Origin: a virus
DNA length: 64,000 bases
IMG/VR virus record: IMGVR_UViG_3300005100_000002
Span: 1-64,000 of that record
Reading direction: 5' to 3' (one strand)
Part shown: positions 42,679 through 54,600 of the stretch, piece after piece
Layout: each line of letters starts with the position of its first letter
How positions within the stretch are numbered: position 1 is the first letter of the stretch
Position numbers and translations under genes: made by a program
The notes under the pieces: generated by a model
Told to the model about the DNA's origin: nothing
Seen by the model: only the letters and a program-made list of their open reading frames with translations
Database searches by the model: none

Positions 42679-44466
42679 TTAAAAATCAATCTCTGGAGAT
42701 GTCGTATTGTTCGGAGATCCTATCAGGTTTGTGTAATCCGCTGCACTCCATGCAGCATTAAGCGCACAATTATAAACCAGAATATCCATTTTATTTGCAC
42801 CCGTATAGACCAGCGGTGAGTTACCCGCACCGTCTCCATGTATCAACGTTGAGAACTTAGCTTTGAGTCCGCTATCTGCTTCCACGGTAGTCAGAATGGC
42901 AGGGTGCCCTACTCCACCGTCAACCCTGGAATAACCTAACACTATTGTTGATGTAGTAACATTTTGTGTTATCGCCGGATGACCAGTCGGTGCTTTAATT
43001 GTTGATGTATAAACCAGACAGTAAGAACTCGTACCACTTGTTAATGTAACATAGGCATTGGCCGTTAAGCATTCCTCAAAACCCACGTAGGCGCTGTTTC
43101 CATTGACCTCAATATTGCCACCGTTTAGCTGGGACAAGCCGAAAAAAATAATAGACTCGTTTGCCTGAAGCTCTATTATATCGCTGGTAAAAGTAAGCGA
43201 ATATAATTTATGGCCATCTATGGTGACACTGCTTCCCGTTGGAATTGTAAGCTCCGCCAGATCCACAAACGATTCTCTTAAGTCAATAACGCCGGAGACA
43301 GCAATCGAGTTAATCGCATCCTGAAGAGAAAAATACCTATTAAGAGATGCACACCCGACTGCCTTAATCGGACAAGTAATTTGTATGTTGCCGGATATCC
43401 CGTTATGCTGCGTATTGTTGGAATAAACCACATCTGGAATAACAACATCGGAAGTAATATCAGCCTCGCCATCAGGGATTTTATTATCGCTAATACCTTC
43501 AAAACTTGAATTTATCATTTTAAACGAGGCCGGCGCTGAAGTAAAATGCAGCCCGTTTATAATTACAGAATTTACTATGTTGATTAATCCGGTAGTGCTG
43601 AAGACACTCCTTACCGCTGATCTATAAACATAACAATCATCGACCCTCCAGTCCCAATCTCCGCCAATAGCTGTACTTCCGGCCAGTTCTGTGTCTGTCC
43701 ATTTAAAATTAGCAAAGCCGACATGCGTGCTTAAAAGGGTAGGAACGCCTTCCCCTCTAAAGGTGCAGCCCGCTCTTAACAAGATGTTGCGAAGTCCTGT
43801 AAGATTTGTTCCTGTGAGGTTAAATCCGCCATAAGCTGATCCGTAAAATGCGCAATTACTGAATATGGCCAGTGCAGAGCTGTCTCTTTCAATAAAATGG
43901 CCATAATTGAATCTGCAACTGTAATAATCCCCTACCGGCAATTTACCGAATATACCACCTGCGTCCGTTTCAACATTTATTCCGGACAGCTCATAAATTT
44001 CATCCTCGTCAGACCTTAAAGGATAATGAGCTGCATCAGCGCCGGTGTTATAAAGCGTCGCCGGTGGTTCGGTATCCAAGGCGTCATAACCGCTTGCATA
44101 GCTTTTGATAAGCATATTTTCGTACGAATGGATTTGTTCTGTGTATTTGCCGGGAGCGAGCCTGATAACAACTTTATTGTTCGAGTCGGTTACCGGCCCC
44201 CATTTACCGTATGCGAAATCAATCGCTGCTTGGATTGTACTAAACTGATGAGAGGCTTCATTGTCTGTAAAGACAGGGCTTACATGCGCAACCCTATCAC
44301 CGCCAACTATTACATCCTTAAGCAGGTTTGACTTAGCTATTTTTTTGGTTTTTCCTATAGAGACTGTAGGGAAGGCAGCAGCATCACCAACCGCGGTGGC
44401 CACTGGAAGTTCGGATATTTTAACGGTTTCGAGTTCGGTTACGTCAGCAAGAATAACGGTTCCCAT
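42679..44466 (-). CDS. tailspike / receptor-binding protein (probable beta-helix)
   Basis: 595 aa. N-terminal anchor MGTVILADVTELETVKISELP, then a long Asn/Gly/Ser/Thr-rich periodic region. Confidence 0.65.
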   Translation of the reverse strand: MGTVILADVTELETVKISELPVATAVGDAAAFPTVSIGKTKKIAKSNLLKDVIVGGDRVAHVSPVFTDNEASHQFSTIQAAIDFAYGKWGPVTDSNNKVVIRLAPGKYTEQIHSYENMLIKSYASGYDALDTEPPATLYNTGADAAHYPLRSDEDEIYELSGINVETDAGGIFGKLPVGDYYSCRFNYGHFIERDSSALAIFSNCAFYGSAYGGFNLTGTNLTGLRNILLRAGCTFRGEGVPTLLSTHVGFANFKWTDTELAGSTAIGGDWDWRVDDCYVYRSAVRSVFSTTGLINIVNSVIINGLHFTSAPASFKMINSSFEGISDNKIPDGEADITSDVVIPDVVYSNNTQHNGISGNIQITCPIKAVGCASLNRYFSLQDAINSIAVSGVIDLRESFVDLAELTIPTGSSVTIDGHKLYSLTFTSDIIELQANESIIFFGLSQLNGGNIEVNGNSAYVGFEECLTANAYVTLTSGTSSYCLVYTSTIKAPTGHPAITQNVTTSTIVLGYSRVDGGVGHPAILTTVEADSGLKAKFSTLIHGDGAGNSPLVYTGANKMDILVYNCALNAAWSAADYTNLIGSPNNTTSPEIDF

Positions 44467-44474
44467 GTCTCTCC

Positions 44475-44810
44475 TTAAACAACGGTAAGTGTGATTTCAG
44501 CATAGAATTCATAAGGAGTTGCATCGTCCGGCAAGAGATCGTCACAAGTTACAATAAACCGTAAGGTGTATTTCCCGGTCGCTGTGGCTATTACTCCGAA
44601 CAAGATAATATTATCCTCGTCAATAGAGCTTCCGCCGCCCAGGGTATTGGTTACGTCGGTATCAGAAGAATCATATATTTTGTAGGTATATGATGCGACT
44701 GTTTTGGCCCTTAACTCCCGTGCAAGAAGTAAGGAATACGCATATTCTTCCCCTGCCGCCATTCTAATCTTTGAATCCGGGCTTATTTCTAAAACTGCTC
44801 CCATGATCAC
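44475..44810 (-). CDS. hypothetical virion-module protein
   Basis: 111-aa ORF. Confidence 0.5.
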   Translation of the reverse strand: MIMGAVLEISPDSKIRMAAGEEYAYSLLLARELRAKTVASYTYKIYDSSDTDVTNTLGGGSSIDEDNIILFGVIATATGKYTLRFIVTCDDLLPDDATPYEFYAEITLTVV

Positions 44811-45013
44811 CCACCCCTTAATACAAACTCAATTTCTCTTGGTTTTATCTCCAACTCGGTTGTTCTTGGCAATATTTCTAACTCTGCCACTCTTGGCAGT
44901 ATCGCAAATATCTTTTTAACGGCTTCCAGAGCGATTGCTTCGTTGATGATTAGGAAGCGATTGTCCTCGCTAAGTAGGAACGCCCCAGATTCCGAGGTAA
45001 TAAACGTAGGCAT
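44807..45013 (-). CDS. hypothetical protein
   Basis: 68-aa ORF with a 4-nt overlap to the next gene. Confidence 0.45.
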   Translation of the reverse strand: MPTFITSESGAFLLSEDNRFLIINEAIALEAVKKIFAILPRVAELEILPRTTELEIKPREIEFVLRGG

Positions 45014-45033
45014 CTCATCTCCAATATTTTTGT

Positions 45034-45315
45034 TTAATCTTTTTTATGTAGATATGCTTCATCCACATCTTTCAAGAATTCGGACATATAAATGCACAAT
45101 TCGTCCAGCTTGTCTTTATCTGCTAACAAATCTTTTTTTGCCACTATGTTTAAGCACGCCTTAATATCATCTCTTAACTCTTTTGCAGTAAACGTACATA
45201 CATCGCAAATCGCAAAAAGAGCATTGTCTCTGGTTGCTAATTCATCAGTTGAAGGAGCACGCCTAAAAGTGTACCAATGCCCGCTGCCCCTGCTGCCCCA
45301 CCTGCTATAGCTCAA
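45034..45315 (-). CDS. hypothetical protein (start uncertain)
   Basis: The ORF is open to 45396, but that would overlap the upstream gene by 92 nt. A TTG at 45315 overlapping the upstream stop is more plausible. Confidence 0.4.
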   Translation of the reverse strand: MSYSRWGSRGSGHWYTFRRAPSTDELATRDNALFAICDVCTFTAKELRDDIKACLNIVAKKDLLADKDKLDELCIYMSEFLKDVDEAYLHKKD

Positions 45316-45517
45316 GAGACTTAAGCTCTTTCTTAATAAAATCACAGATTGTGCCAATATTTGCATCAAATATGGTATTATATTTATCCGAAACAATAGA
45401 CCTGGTATCCATGATCGCAGAATTATAATCTATGATAAAACGGTTTTCTACCTTGTCATGTTTCATCGTAAAAGAAGAAACTGGATTGCTATATTTAATT
45501 TTTGACAACTCACTCAT
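45305..45517 (-). CDS. hypothetical protein
   Basis: 70 aa with AGGAAAAAGGAAAA upstream. First gene after SRU-B. Confidence 0.5.
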   Translation of the reverse strand: MSELSKIKYSNPVSSFTMKHDKVENRFIIDYNSAIMDTRSIVSDKYNTIFDANIGTICDFIKKELKSLEL

Positions 45518-45539
45518 AATTATTTTCCTTTTTCCTAAC

Positions 45540-45571
45540 GTTTCAATCCACGTTCCCGCATGGGGAGCGAC
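45540..45571 (-). CRISPR. solitary CRISPR repeat unit SRU-B (type I-C-like); not an array
   Basis: Minus strand: GTCGCTCCCCATGCGGGAACGTGGATTGAAAC (32 nt). Lies in the 112-nt spacer between the giant gene stop and ORF 45305..45517. Confidence 0.75.
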
Positions 45572-45629
45572 TTTATCAGGAGCGCCTTCCTATCCTCGCC
45601 GTCCTAATAATCCCATATCACAAGTTCTT

Positions 45630-48600
45630 TTAATCGGCAACTAAAAACTTACGAAATCGCTCATTTTGTGTTTTTGCGATAAACGACATCCTGGTGTCAA
45701 TGGTCTCTATCAAATCCCGCTTCTTGTCAGACGACAAAGCCTTAGACCCCATGACGACCGCCTTCCTCTTCCGCAGCTTGCCAAGCGCTAAAGATTGTTT
45801 CCTGAATATTTTCGCGAAAACCTTGACGCCTTTGGTTTTTTCATCAAACTTGATAGCTTCATCTCGATCCGTCTTGATTAAAACCTTAAAGCCCTGCTCA
45901 GCTTCGTTAGCCCTTTGCAGGTTATCATAAAAGTTCGTTATGTCTTTGCCAGCGCTGCCAATAGGTTCTCTGGAAATAAACCCTCTTATGCCAGGCATCA
46001 CACGATACCAGTCTTTTGTAACTTCCGGCACATCCCCTGTCTCAAACAATGGATCTATGATATCAAGGCCAAGCTTACCCAAACCGCCCGACCAACCCCT
46101 AACCCAATTTTCCATCTTTAATGGCGAAAGATTAGTCACTTTGCCAATCTCTCTAAGAACACTACTGGTATACTGGTGCGCTCTTTGGCCGGGAGGCAAT
46201 CGTTTTATGGTTTCACTTTCAATAGGCCGCTTCATAAAGAAGCTCCAGTTTGTCATATTTTCGATTAAAGCTAAAGGCAATGTAGGAATAACCCCAGGCA
46301 CAACGCCTTCCACTATGGAATGAGCTATTGTTTCCAATTCTTTGGGATCGTTGAGGACAATATAGTCAAAAATCCTTTCCGGTAAAGAACCAAATATAAG
46401 CCCAAGCTCAAAAGGCTTCGGCAGGGATATTATGGGCATGTCTTTATCAATAACAATATTCCAAAAGAAGTTTTTCCTCCAACCAGGTAAAGAGTTGTAC
46501 CGTTCTTTTCTTTCATCATCACTATTATTAAACAGCCATAAAGCAATCGAAGGTATCGTTATCCCAAGCACCAGCCGGAGTAATGTCCGTCCCGGATGCT
46601 TTTGTAATTTCCTGCGCAATATGTCAGTCCCCTGTACATTAGCATTCCAGAAAGCCGTTATTTGATTAATCCGACGCTCCTCCCCTATTCTGCGAAAGTC
46701 CAGGGTGCTTTCTCTTGCCGCTGCCGTCGCTTCGGATGTTGTAGCACCCTTATCCTTGGCTCGCTTAAAAACTCCCAACCTGGTGGACTTCTCCATAACC
46801 TCAGAGGCTATCCGAAGGTACTCTATAGGATTGTATGTCTTTAATCCTTTCTTAAAGCCTAAGATGTCCCTGGCGGTCAGATTCAGGGTAGTCCTGTCCA
46901 TGCTGGTAAAATATGACTGTTCGCCACCACCTGCTTTGAATTCCTGATAAAGGTCGCCCTTTTTCATTAGTTCAAAGAAGCCTTTGCCAAAGTCAATAAA
47001 TGGTATATAGCCATATTTGGAATACACCATGGCTGAAAATTGATCCCTTACCGGATTGCGCATGATAAATTCAGCGGTCAAGGTAGCGCCTGCACGAAGT
47101 AGTTTTGCAGGGCCGGATAAGATCTTTATGGCCATGCTCATTTCTTGAGGTGAATAATAATCTATAGCCTTGTGGACATCCGGAGGAACTCGCCAGTAAT
47201 GCTTAACCCCATCCACAGGAACTATAATAGTGCCCTTGGGCTGAATTGGCGACCGGATTGATACCTTAGTCCCACCTCTTGGGCCAGGCCGTTCAGGCAC
47301 GTCTTTCGTTAGATATTGCGGCTGTACCTCTTCAATAACTTCGGCAAGGTCAGGTGTTAAATCCTTTAGTTCAACTATCTTTTTATTGAGCTTTATTGTT
47401 TCCAACAGCTTAATGGTTTTATAGGTATTGGACACAGACGATTCAATGGTAGGTATTTTCCTGAGTTCAGATCCCTTTATCTTTTTAAGAGGATCTTTGC
47501 CGCCATGAACCTGCTCGCCAACCGTATCCATCTCCCGCAAAAACGAAGCATAAAACTCTGACTCAGGTTTTGCCTTTATTCCATCATAAACCTTTTTAGA
47601 CAACCAGCCTTCTTCTACCAATAATTTCAAAAGGGTATCGTCATATTTGCGCTGCTCCTTTGAAACATCCCGGAGCTTTTTAATATTATCCCCATATTTC
47701 TTTTCAAGGGCTTTTACCACCTGCGACGATGCTTCTATATCTGTCCCTTTGATGTCCGGTCTAAACGTGGCCAGGGCAATATCCCTTTCAGCTATCCTGA
47801 GCGTCTCATAATCCTCGTATTCCTGGGGAGACAAGTCTTTGACTATTTCCTTAAGAGATTGAGAACCTTCGATATATTCAGGCTTACCACCTTCATCATA
47901 TCTGTGGGGACCTTTGCCGGCAACAAACACTTCGACAATCCCGCCCTTGCCCCAAACCTTATTTATCTGATCTTGTATCCTTTGGATAACCTTTGGATCT
48001 TTTGCTTTGGCCGCCAACCGTATTGCAGGGAATTCAGCAAAAACGAATTTGGTATAAACTTTGGCGATAAAATCCTTGGCGACTTGCTTGGTGAGTTGTA
48101 GTTTTTTAGGTTCAAAAGCTATATGTTTTTCTTTATAGGTTTTGATAACGTCTTCATCTGCCGGCAACGGTTTTTCTATGGGCGCTTTTACCGGAGCTTT
48201 GTACTTCTTGAGTAGTTCTTTATAATCTGTCGGTGGTTTCTCTTTTGCAAATAATGGCATGCCTTCAACAAGAGCGGCCCGTTTTAGGGCTGGGGTTATG
48301 GTGAAAGATTGTTGGGTTGTTGTTTCGGATACCCGCTCTATTTTACCACCAAACAGCTCAGCGACAGCATTGCTCTGCATTGCGACTGCGTTGCTAAAAG
48401 ATGTTCCGCTCTCTATTTCTTTTTGTAATGATTTCAATTCATTCGCCACCTGAACTCTGTTAACTGCGAACATTTGACGTTCCCCAGTTATAGGACTTTC
48501 AAAAACACTTGGGCCGTCTTTTTTGGCAACCACAAGAGATTTTTTCACATCCTCTATTGTATAATCATCACCAATATATTCTCTTTTTGATTGCCACCCA

Positions 48601-51600
48601 GTTGTGTCAATTTCAGTAGCCCCGACTTCCGCTCCATCTTTTTTCCCAAATTTCTTGAGATATTGAGGTATCATGCGGTCGTATAGTGCGTATGTCCAAA
48701 CTCCGCCCGTTTTGAGATCAAGCCCTGAGAAAATAGCAGTTCCCTTATCATCATCCCCAAACTTGCTTAATGCCTTATCTGTTAAGTCTTTACCTACATG
48801 CCCCTGCAACTCATCCACTGAAAGATTTGATTTTGCTATAACCTTTTCACCATCATAGTCGAAAGCATCTATCCTGTAGCCAGATTTCTTCGTATACAAA
48901 ATAGTTACGCTTTCGAGGTGCTTGCTTAGGTCGTATCTGTCAGCCGTTTGCTGTCCCGTAACCCAAGAAACCTTGTCCATCCCTTGTTCGGCTGCCATGC
49001 GGATAATGCGTTTTAACACTACTTCGTGCCAGTTCTTTTTGAATGGTATGTCAGGAACAGCTTCTCGTGTCGCACCATCAAGAGCTTCTCTTTTGGTCGG
49101 TGCGGCAAATTGCTGAATACCATTTTCGTTTAAAACCTCCCATTTATTCTCACCAAGTTCAGGAATAAATTCTTGAATTGTCCACTCAGCAGGTAATATT
49201 CCCCGATACCCCTTTTTTCTGCCCTCCAATGCAAAATCGCTTTGTAGCTCTTCAATGAATAAAATCTTATTGCCATCGGCGTCCGTTCTTTCGTTTGTCC
49301 GGACGTGGGCGAATACGTTTGGTTCGTCCCAATGGGGAGATACAAACCCCGCATCACCTTCTTTTTCAATTTGTTCGTATCTGTTTTTTAGATATTCATA
49401 TCGTGCTAATTCAGCAACGGTAAGTTTTTTATCGCCTTGCCTAACGTAAGAATTTAATTTTGCATATTCACTATATTCTTTTTTTGAAAGAAGTGGTTTT
49501 TTGCCAGGCAGCGTAAACAAAAGCTCACGATAGTTTTCTTTTTCGCCTGGGAGCTGGTATTGTGCAAATTTGGTAGTGTCGTATTTTTTAATTTTAGTTA
49601 AAGCATAATCTCTTGCTTCTTTTTCTGTTTTGTATTTAGAAACAGGCAGTTGCAACACATTGCCAGGAACATTGAAAATATGAAATGAAACATTCCCTTG
49701 TTTTTCTACTCCCTGATAATCTAAATCTTCTTCAGTATAAAAAACATCCCCACTCTTCACAACCTCCTCAACCACAACCTGATTTTCTCGAAGCAACCCC
49801 ACCAGTTCATCCCGCACAACAACCTTCTTACCCTCAAGCATTGCCTCAACATCCATCCACTCAAGCTCTGCCGCTTTAATCCCAGGCTGTTTCCTAAGCC
49901 ATGGCATCACCGCTGAAGCTTGCATCTTAGCAGGCATTTTGTCTTGAACGGTTTTAATAACTTGTGAGTAGAAGCGTTCAGCCTGTTTAATTGCCTGATA
50001 TCCAGGGACTCGTAAGGCCCTATCAATACCAACTCCTGTCCCTGGCTTGCCTATCTCAACATAACTCCTTGCATCATATATTAATTGACAAAGCTCTGCG
50101 TCTGCCATTTTTAACGAAGGCATGATTTTTCGCATAAACCTTCTAATAACCGCCACCACCTTGTTTACCCAATTGGATTCAGGGTTCGTCACAGCCTCTC
50201 TTGACAGCCATTCTTCAGCAGCCAGAACCCTTCCTTTATATGTGGCGGTATCAAAGCCATAGCTATCAGCTATCGTCTGGATCGCCGGTTCTTTGGCGGA
50301 ATAAACCTTATCCATAATGTCGCCAAATTCTTTGCCAAGGACTGCCCGCAAGCCAAAGTGACCAAAAGACTCATGCAGTAAAGTCTTAACGGCATCTTCA
50401 GGAGATGCTTGATTATCAGCTACGATATAAACCTTGCCACGAAAATATACGCCATCAACAATCTGGCCTTCGCTGTATTTTAATATTTCTTTGGGTAGTT
50501 CTGATTGAGACTGAACGACTTCGACTATAGGCGCATTCTTCCACCGAGCAGTTATTTTATTAATATGGCCTTGCAGTTCAGATGCTACAGAAGCTTCACT
50601 TACCAATGGATAAGGTTTGCGTATTAGAAAAAGAGGCTTTATTTCAGTAAGCTCTTCAAAATGTTTAGCTGCTTTCGCATAAGCATCGGTAGCATCCAGC
50701 AAATCTTGTTCCATTTGATTGCCGGAGCGTTTAATCCCTGTTTCTTCAGCTATCTCTTTAAGCGTCGTCTTGCCGGCTTTATGTTCATCATAATAAGCCT
50801 GAAGCTCTCCCATTTCATCATGTGTGTGTTGCACCATAACTCTTGCATACTCTATGTCTTGAGATTCCATTTTCTCAACGGCTTCAGCGATATAATCTTT
50901 ATCGGCCACAGATTTAATTTTATTCCTAACTGCTTCAGATATATCTTGAGAAAGTAGCCAATTCTGGAAAGGATTTAACAACACTGCGCCGGTCAAGTCT
51001 CTTACTTCAGTATCGGCTACTTCCTCAAAAATTCTATCTATATCTTCCGGCTTTAATTTTTCAGGAGCTACGTCTAATATTTTTTTGTACTTAGCTTCCG
51101 GAACAGCCTTTTTTGCAGGTGCCTTGGGCTTAAATTTCTTACTAATTATTGTTGAAGGGAATGCACTTTCGACACGTTTTTGAAAATCAAACAATTCGCT
51201 GCCTATAATTTCAAAGGTCCCATCATTAGGAACCTCGAATTTAAAAACAGTGTCAATTTGCTGTAGAGGATTAATGCGCATTTTTAACAGCTCTCTTGCC
51301 CTTTCTACACTTTCAACCTCAGCTTCTTTTAGGCTACCTTCGATGGCTTTATCAATCTCGGTCAATAAATATGTCTTTTGTTGCTTAGGCGTTACCGCGG
51401 CTTCTTCTTTTTTGGTAAGATCAATGGTTATTTCTTTGCCTTCTGGGGTTGGAGCTACTTCGATCTTTTCTTCTATCACTTTTGGCTCTTCAGTCTTTAT
51501 CTCTACCATAGCTCTTTTTCTATATCGTCCACCACGCTCAAGGCCTGTAACCATGTTCGCCGGCATCTCTATAGGATTGCTTGCACCGTCAGGCAAAATA

Positions 51601-54600
51601 TCCACTGTGTCGGCATCTTTATGCACTTTAACGACATCTCCATAGAATACCTGTCCACCACTATTTTCAAATTTAACATAGTCATCTACATAGACTTTTA
51701 TGGATTCTTTGGCTTTTGGCTCGACTGGCTTTTCTTTTTCAGGAGTTACTTCGATTTTTTCTTTTTTAACTTTAGGTTTTACTCCAGGAACGACAGGTTT
51801 AATAATCTTGGCCTTTTTAACCGGAGCAAGCTTGATCTTTTCTTTTTTTTCGGGAATTGCTTTAATTTTCTTTTTTTCTATTTTCGGAGCAACCTCTGGT
51901 ATAGGCTTGGCCTCGATCTCTTCCCTAACGGCCTCTGGTGGCTTCGGCTTGGCAACATCAGGTGCTATTGGCTTTGCGAGCTTCGCTATTTCCTTTTCGG
52001 CAATTTCACCTTCACGCCTACGACCTTCCCCGGTATCGACTTCACGAAGTCCTGGAGGCCGCTCTCCACGTCTGGCACGTAATCCTTCGGCTTCTCTTTC
52101 TTCTTTGTGTTTTCTGAGGAGTCGATCTGCTTCTGTTTCTTCCCTGTGAACACCATAGCTTACCCCCAAACCTTTATATGTATATTTTTCGCCTTTATCA
52201 TTTGTGAATTCAAGCTCAGCCCCGGACAACTTTTCGTTCAGTTTATCTGCCAGCGCTTCTGCTTCTTTTTCTGTTTTTGCACGGATAATGAATTCATCGC
52301 CACTGATATGATAGCTGTCGGGAGTAACTTCAGAAGCCGCCTTAGCTACAGTCTGAAGCAACTCATCGCCTGCCGCGTGCCCGGCAAAGTCATTGACATA
52401 TTTTAGAGAATCAACATCTATATATGCTTTGGGCTTAGTGATCCCTTTTTCGAGATCAACGGCTTCAGCTTCCTGATAGGCACGTTTGTTCGGAATCCTT
52501 GTAACTGGATTAATAAGGAGTTCCGCCCTCAGCTCTTCTTGTGACATCTCGGATATCAATTTTCTGCGAGCGATATCTTTTCTGCGTTCGATCTTAGTCG
52601 GTTTCTTAATTTCCGGCTCCACATCTACGGCCGGCTTCTTTATTTTGGAATATGGCCTCGTCTGTCTCTTCTCGACAAATGTTTTCAGATCATCCATAGA
52701 GACTTCGGTTATATCCCCAAGCCCTTTCCAGCCTTTTTCATAATTAGCGAGATACCCCTCGCTTGCAGCCTCAAGAGAAGGATAGCCGACCATAGCCTTA
52801 TGTTCATCAAACTTGCCGGTCTCAGGGTCTATCTGATCTACGATATAAGCCCTATCACCTTCTTTGCGTTCACCTGCATTAACAAATACGTCTATCTGTT
52901 CACCGTCTTTTCCCGCTGATCGCTTGAAGTATCCATAATGACCACCAGACATCGTGATCGACCATTTTTTTCCTTCGGGGGAAACGCCTGATCTCTTTGA
53001 ACCTTCTGGATTCTCGATTGAGATATCGAAACCTTGAACTTTGATATGAGCTTTTTTATAGTTTCCTGCTTCAATTTGAGCTTCGGTCGGGGACGCATCA
53101 ACTTCTCGAACTTGAGCTTCTATCTTTGCCGGGTCCTCTACATTCAACCTGCCATGAACCAAATTAAATAAATCCGGCCTTTCTTTTACAAGCGTTTCGG
53201 CTTCAGCTATTCTTGCTTTTCTTTCAACATCTCGCATGCCCGGTTCTATTAAATCATTCCACTGAGTAGCTGCCGTTTGCGCTTCCTCAACGGTCATTCC
53301 TTTCAGTAACCGTTTTTGATCAGGGGTCGTTTTTAAGCCCTTGCCCTCTTTGTCGACTTCTACAGGTATCGCTATTTTCTCAGGCTTATATCCACGGATT
53401 AAGAACTTATTGATATCCGGCTCTATTTCAGCTTTGGCCTTGATTCGCTTTTCTTCTGTTATTTTTTCCTCAAACACTTCGGCAGATATTTCGGCAGGTC
53501 TTCTTGGGGCTTCTTCAAAAACCTCTGCGGCCTCCTTTATCCTCTCTTCAGAGGTTAATGCCTTCCCGGTTAAAAGCTCCTTCGCGGTGATGCCTTTTTC
53601 GCCTTCATCAAGAAGAGTATCACGGGCAGCAGATATCGGTTTTTCGACCGGCTCGACCTCTTCTGCAACGAACATCTCGGTTATTTGTGTTGCAAGGGCG
53701 GGATCTTGAGTGGCTATTTTTTCAATCACAGGCGCCATATCATCTATGGTTACTTCGCCACTTTTGATGTCTTCAGCTAATTGCCCCGATTCAACAGCGT
53801 CTCTAAATATTCCGGTTTCTTCTGAAGTTGTTTGTGTAAAATCTGCATTTATATCAATCGGAACGCCTGAATCAATAAGGGGCTCAACCATATCGGCCCA
53901 TGATTGTCGTAATTCTTTGTCGTCAATATTTTTTGCAATATACTCAGCTGCCTTTTTTCTTTCTTCTGGATTCTCACTGTTTAATTGATTTTTTACACTA
54001 TTTCTTTGCAGGCTTGTTATCCCTTGTGCTCCTACCCCAAAAAGCACACTCATGGTAAGGGCCGGAATAATAGATTCAACCGCTGCTTCTTGCCATGCTC
54101 CTTCAGGAAGAAGCCCTATCTCTTCATCTACCTTGGCGCCCAAAGCCCCCTGAATCATTTCGGTCGGGACTTCATTCAATAAAGCATTTTTCGTAAGATT
54201 TTTTGCAAAAGTTTTTACCGGAGTCTTTAAAAGTTCTTTGGCTGTAGTCTTTAAAGGCTGTGCCGCAAGCTTGCCCCAACCAAAAGTTACCATACCTATA
54301 AGGTTTGAGACGGTCTCTATCCCGCCTTCAATAATACCTTGTTTAATTGCGGCTCCATGTGCTGTTTTTTCATCTATGCCTTGTTGGACATATTCTTCTT
54401 TTTTCTGCCCATATACGCCAAGCCCGTGAATTCCAAGCGTGGCGCCTATGCCTCCAACAAGCCCTCCGATTACTGTACCTGGTGGCCCGAAAACGCTTCC
54501 GGCAAGAGCTCCAGCCCCAACCCCAACCCCTAATGGCGCAAGCGATGGGATTGTGCTTTCGAGGCCGCCCATTATCCCGCGTCTTACAAAGCCTTCCTCT

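Noticed and set aside
41829-45571. A CRISPR array or a phage-borne CRISPR-Cas locus
   Set aside because: There are only two repeat units, 3.7 kb apart and separated by ordinary protein-coding genes. There are no regularly spaced spacers, no leader and no cas genes in the window. They are reported as solitary repeat units instead.
51378-52149. Plus-strand ORFs of 234 aa and 149 aa inside the giant gene, and other long shadow ORFs (3000..3683, 8616..9305, 25523..26251, 61925..62461, 12875..13357)
   Set aside because: They lie antisense to, or out of frame with, well-supported genes. Their composition is low-complexity Phe/Leu/Ser-rich, mirroring Lys/Glu-rich coding on the other strand. They also lack ribosome-binding sites.
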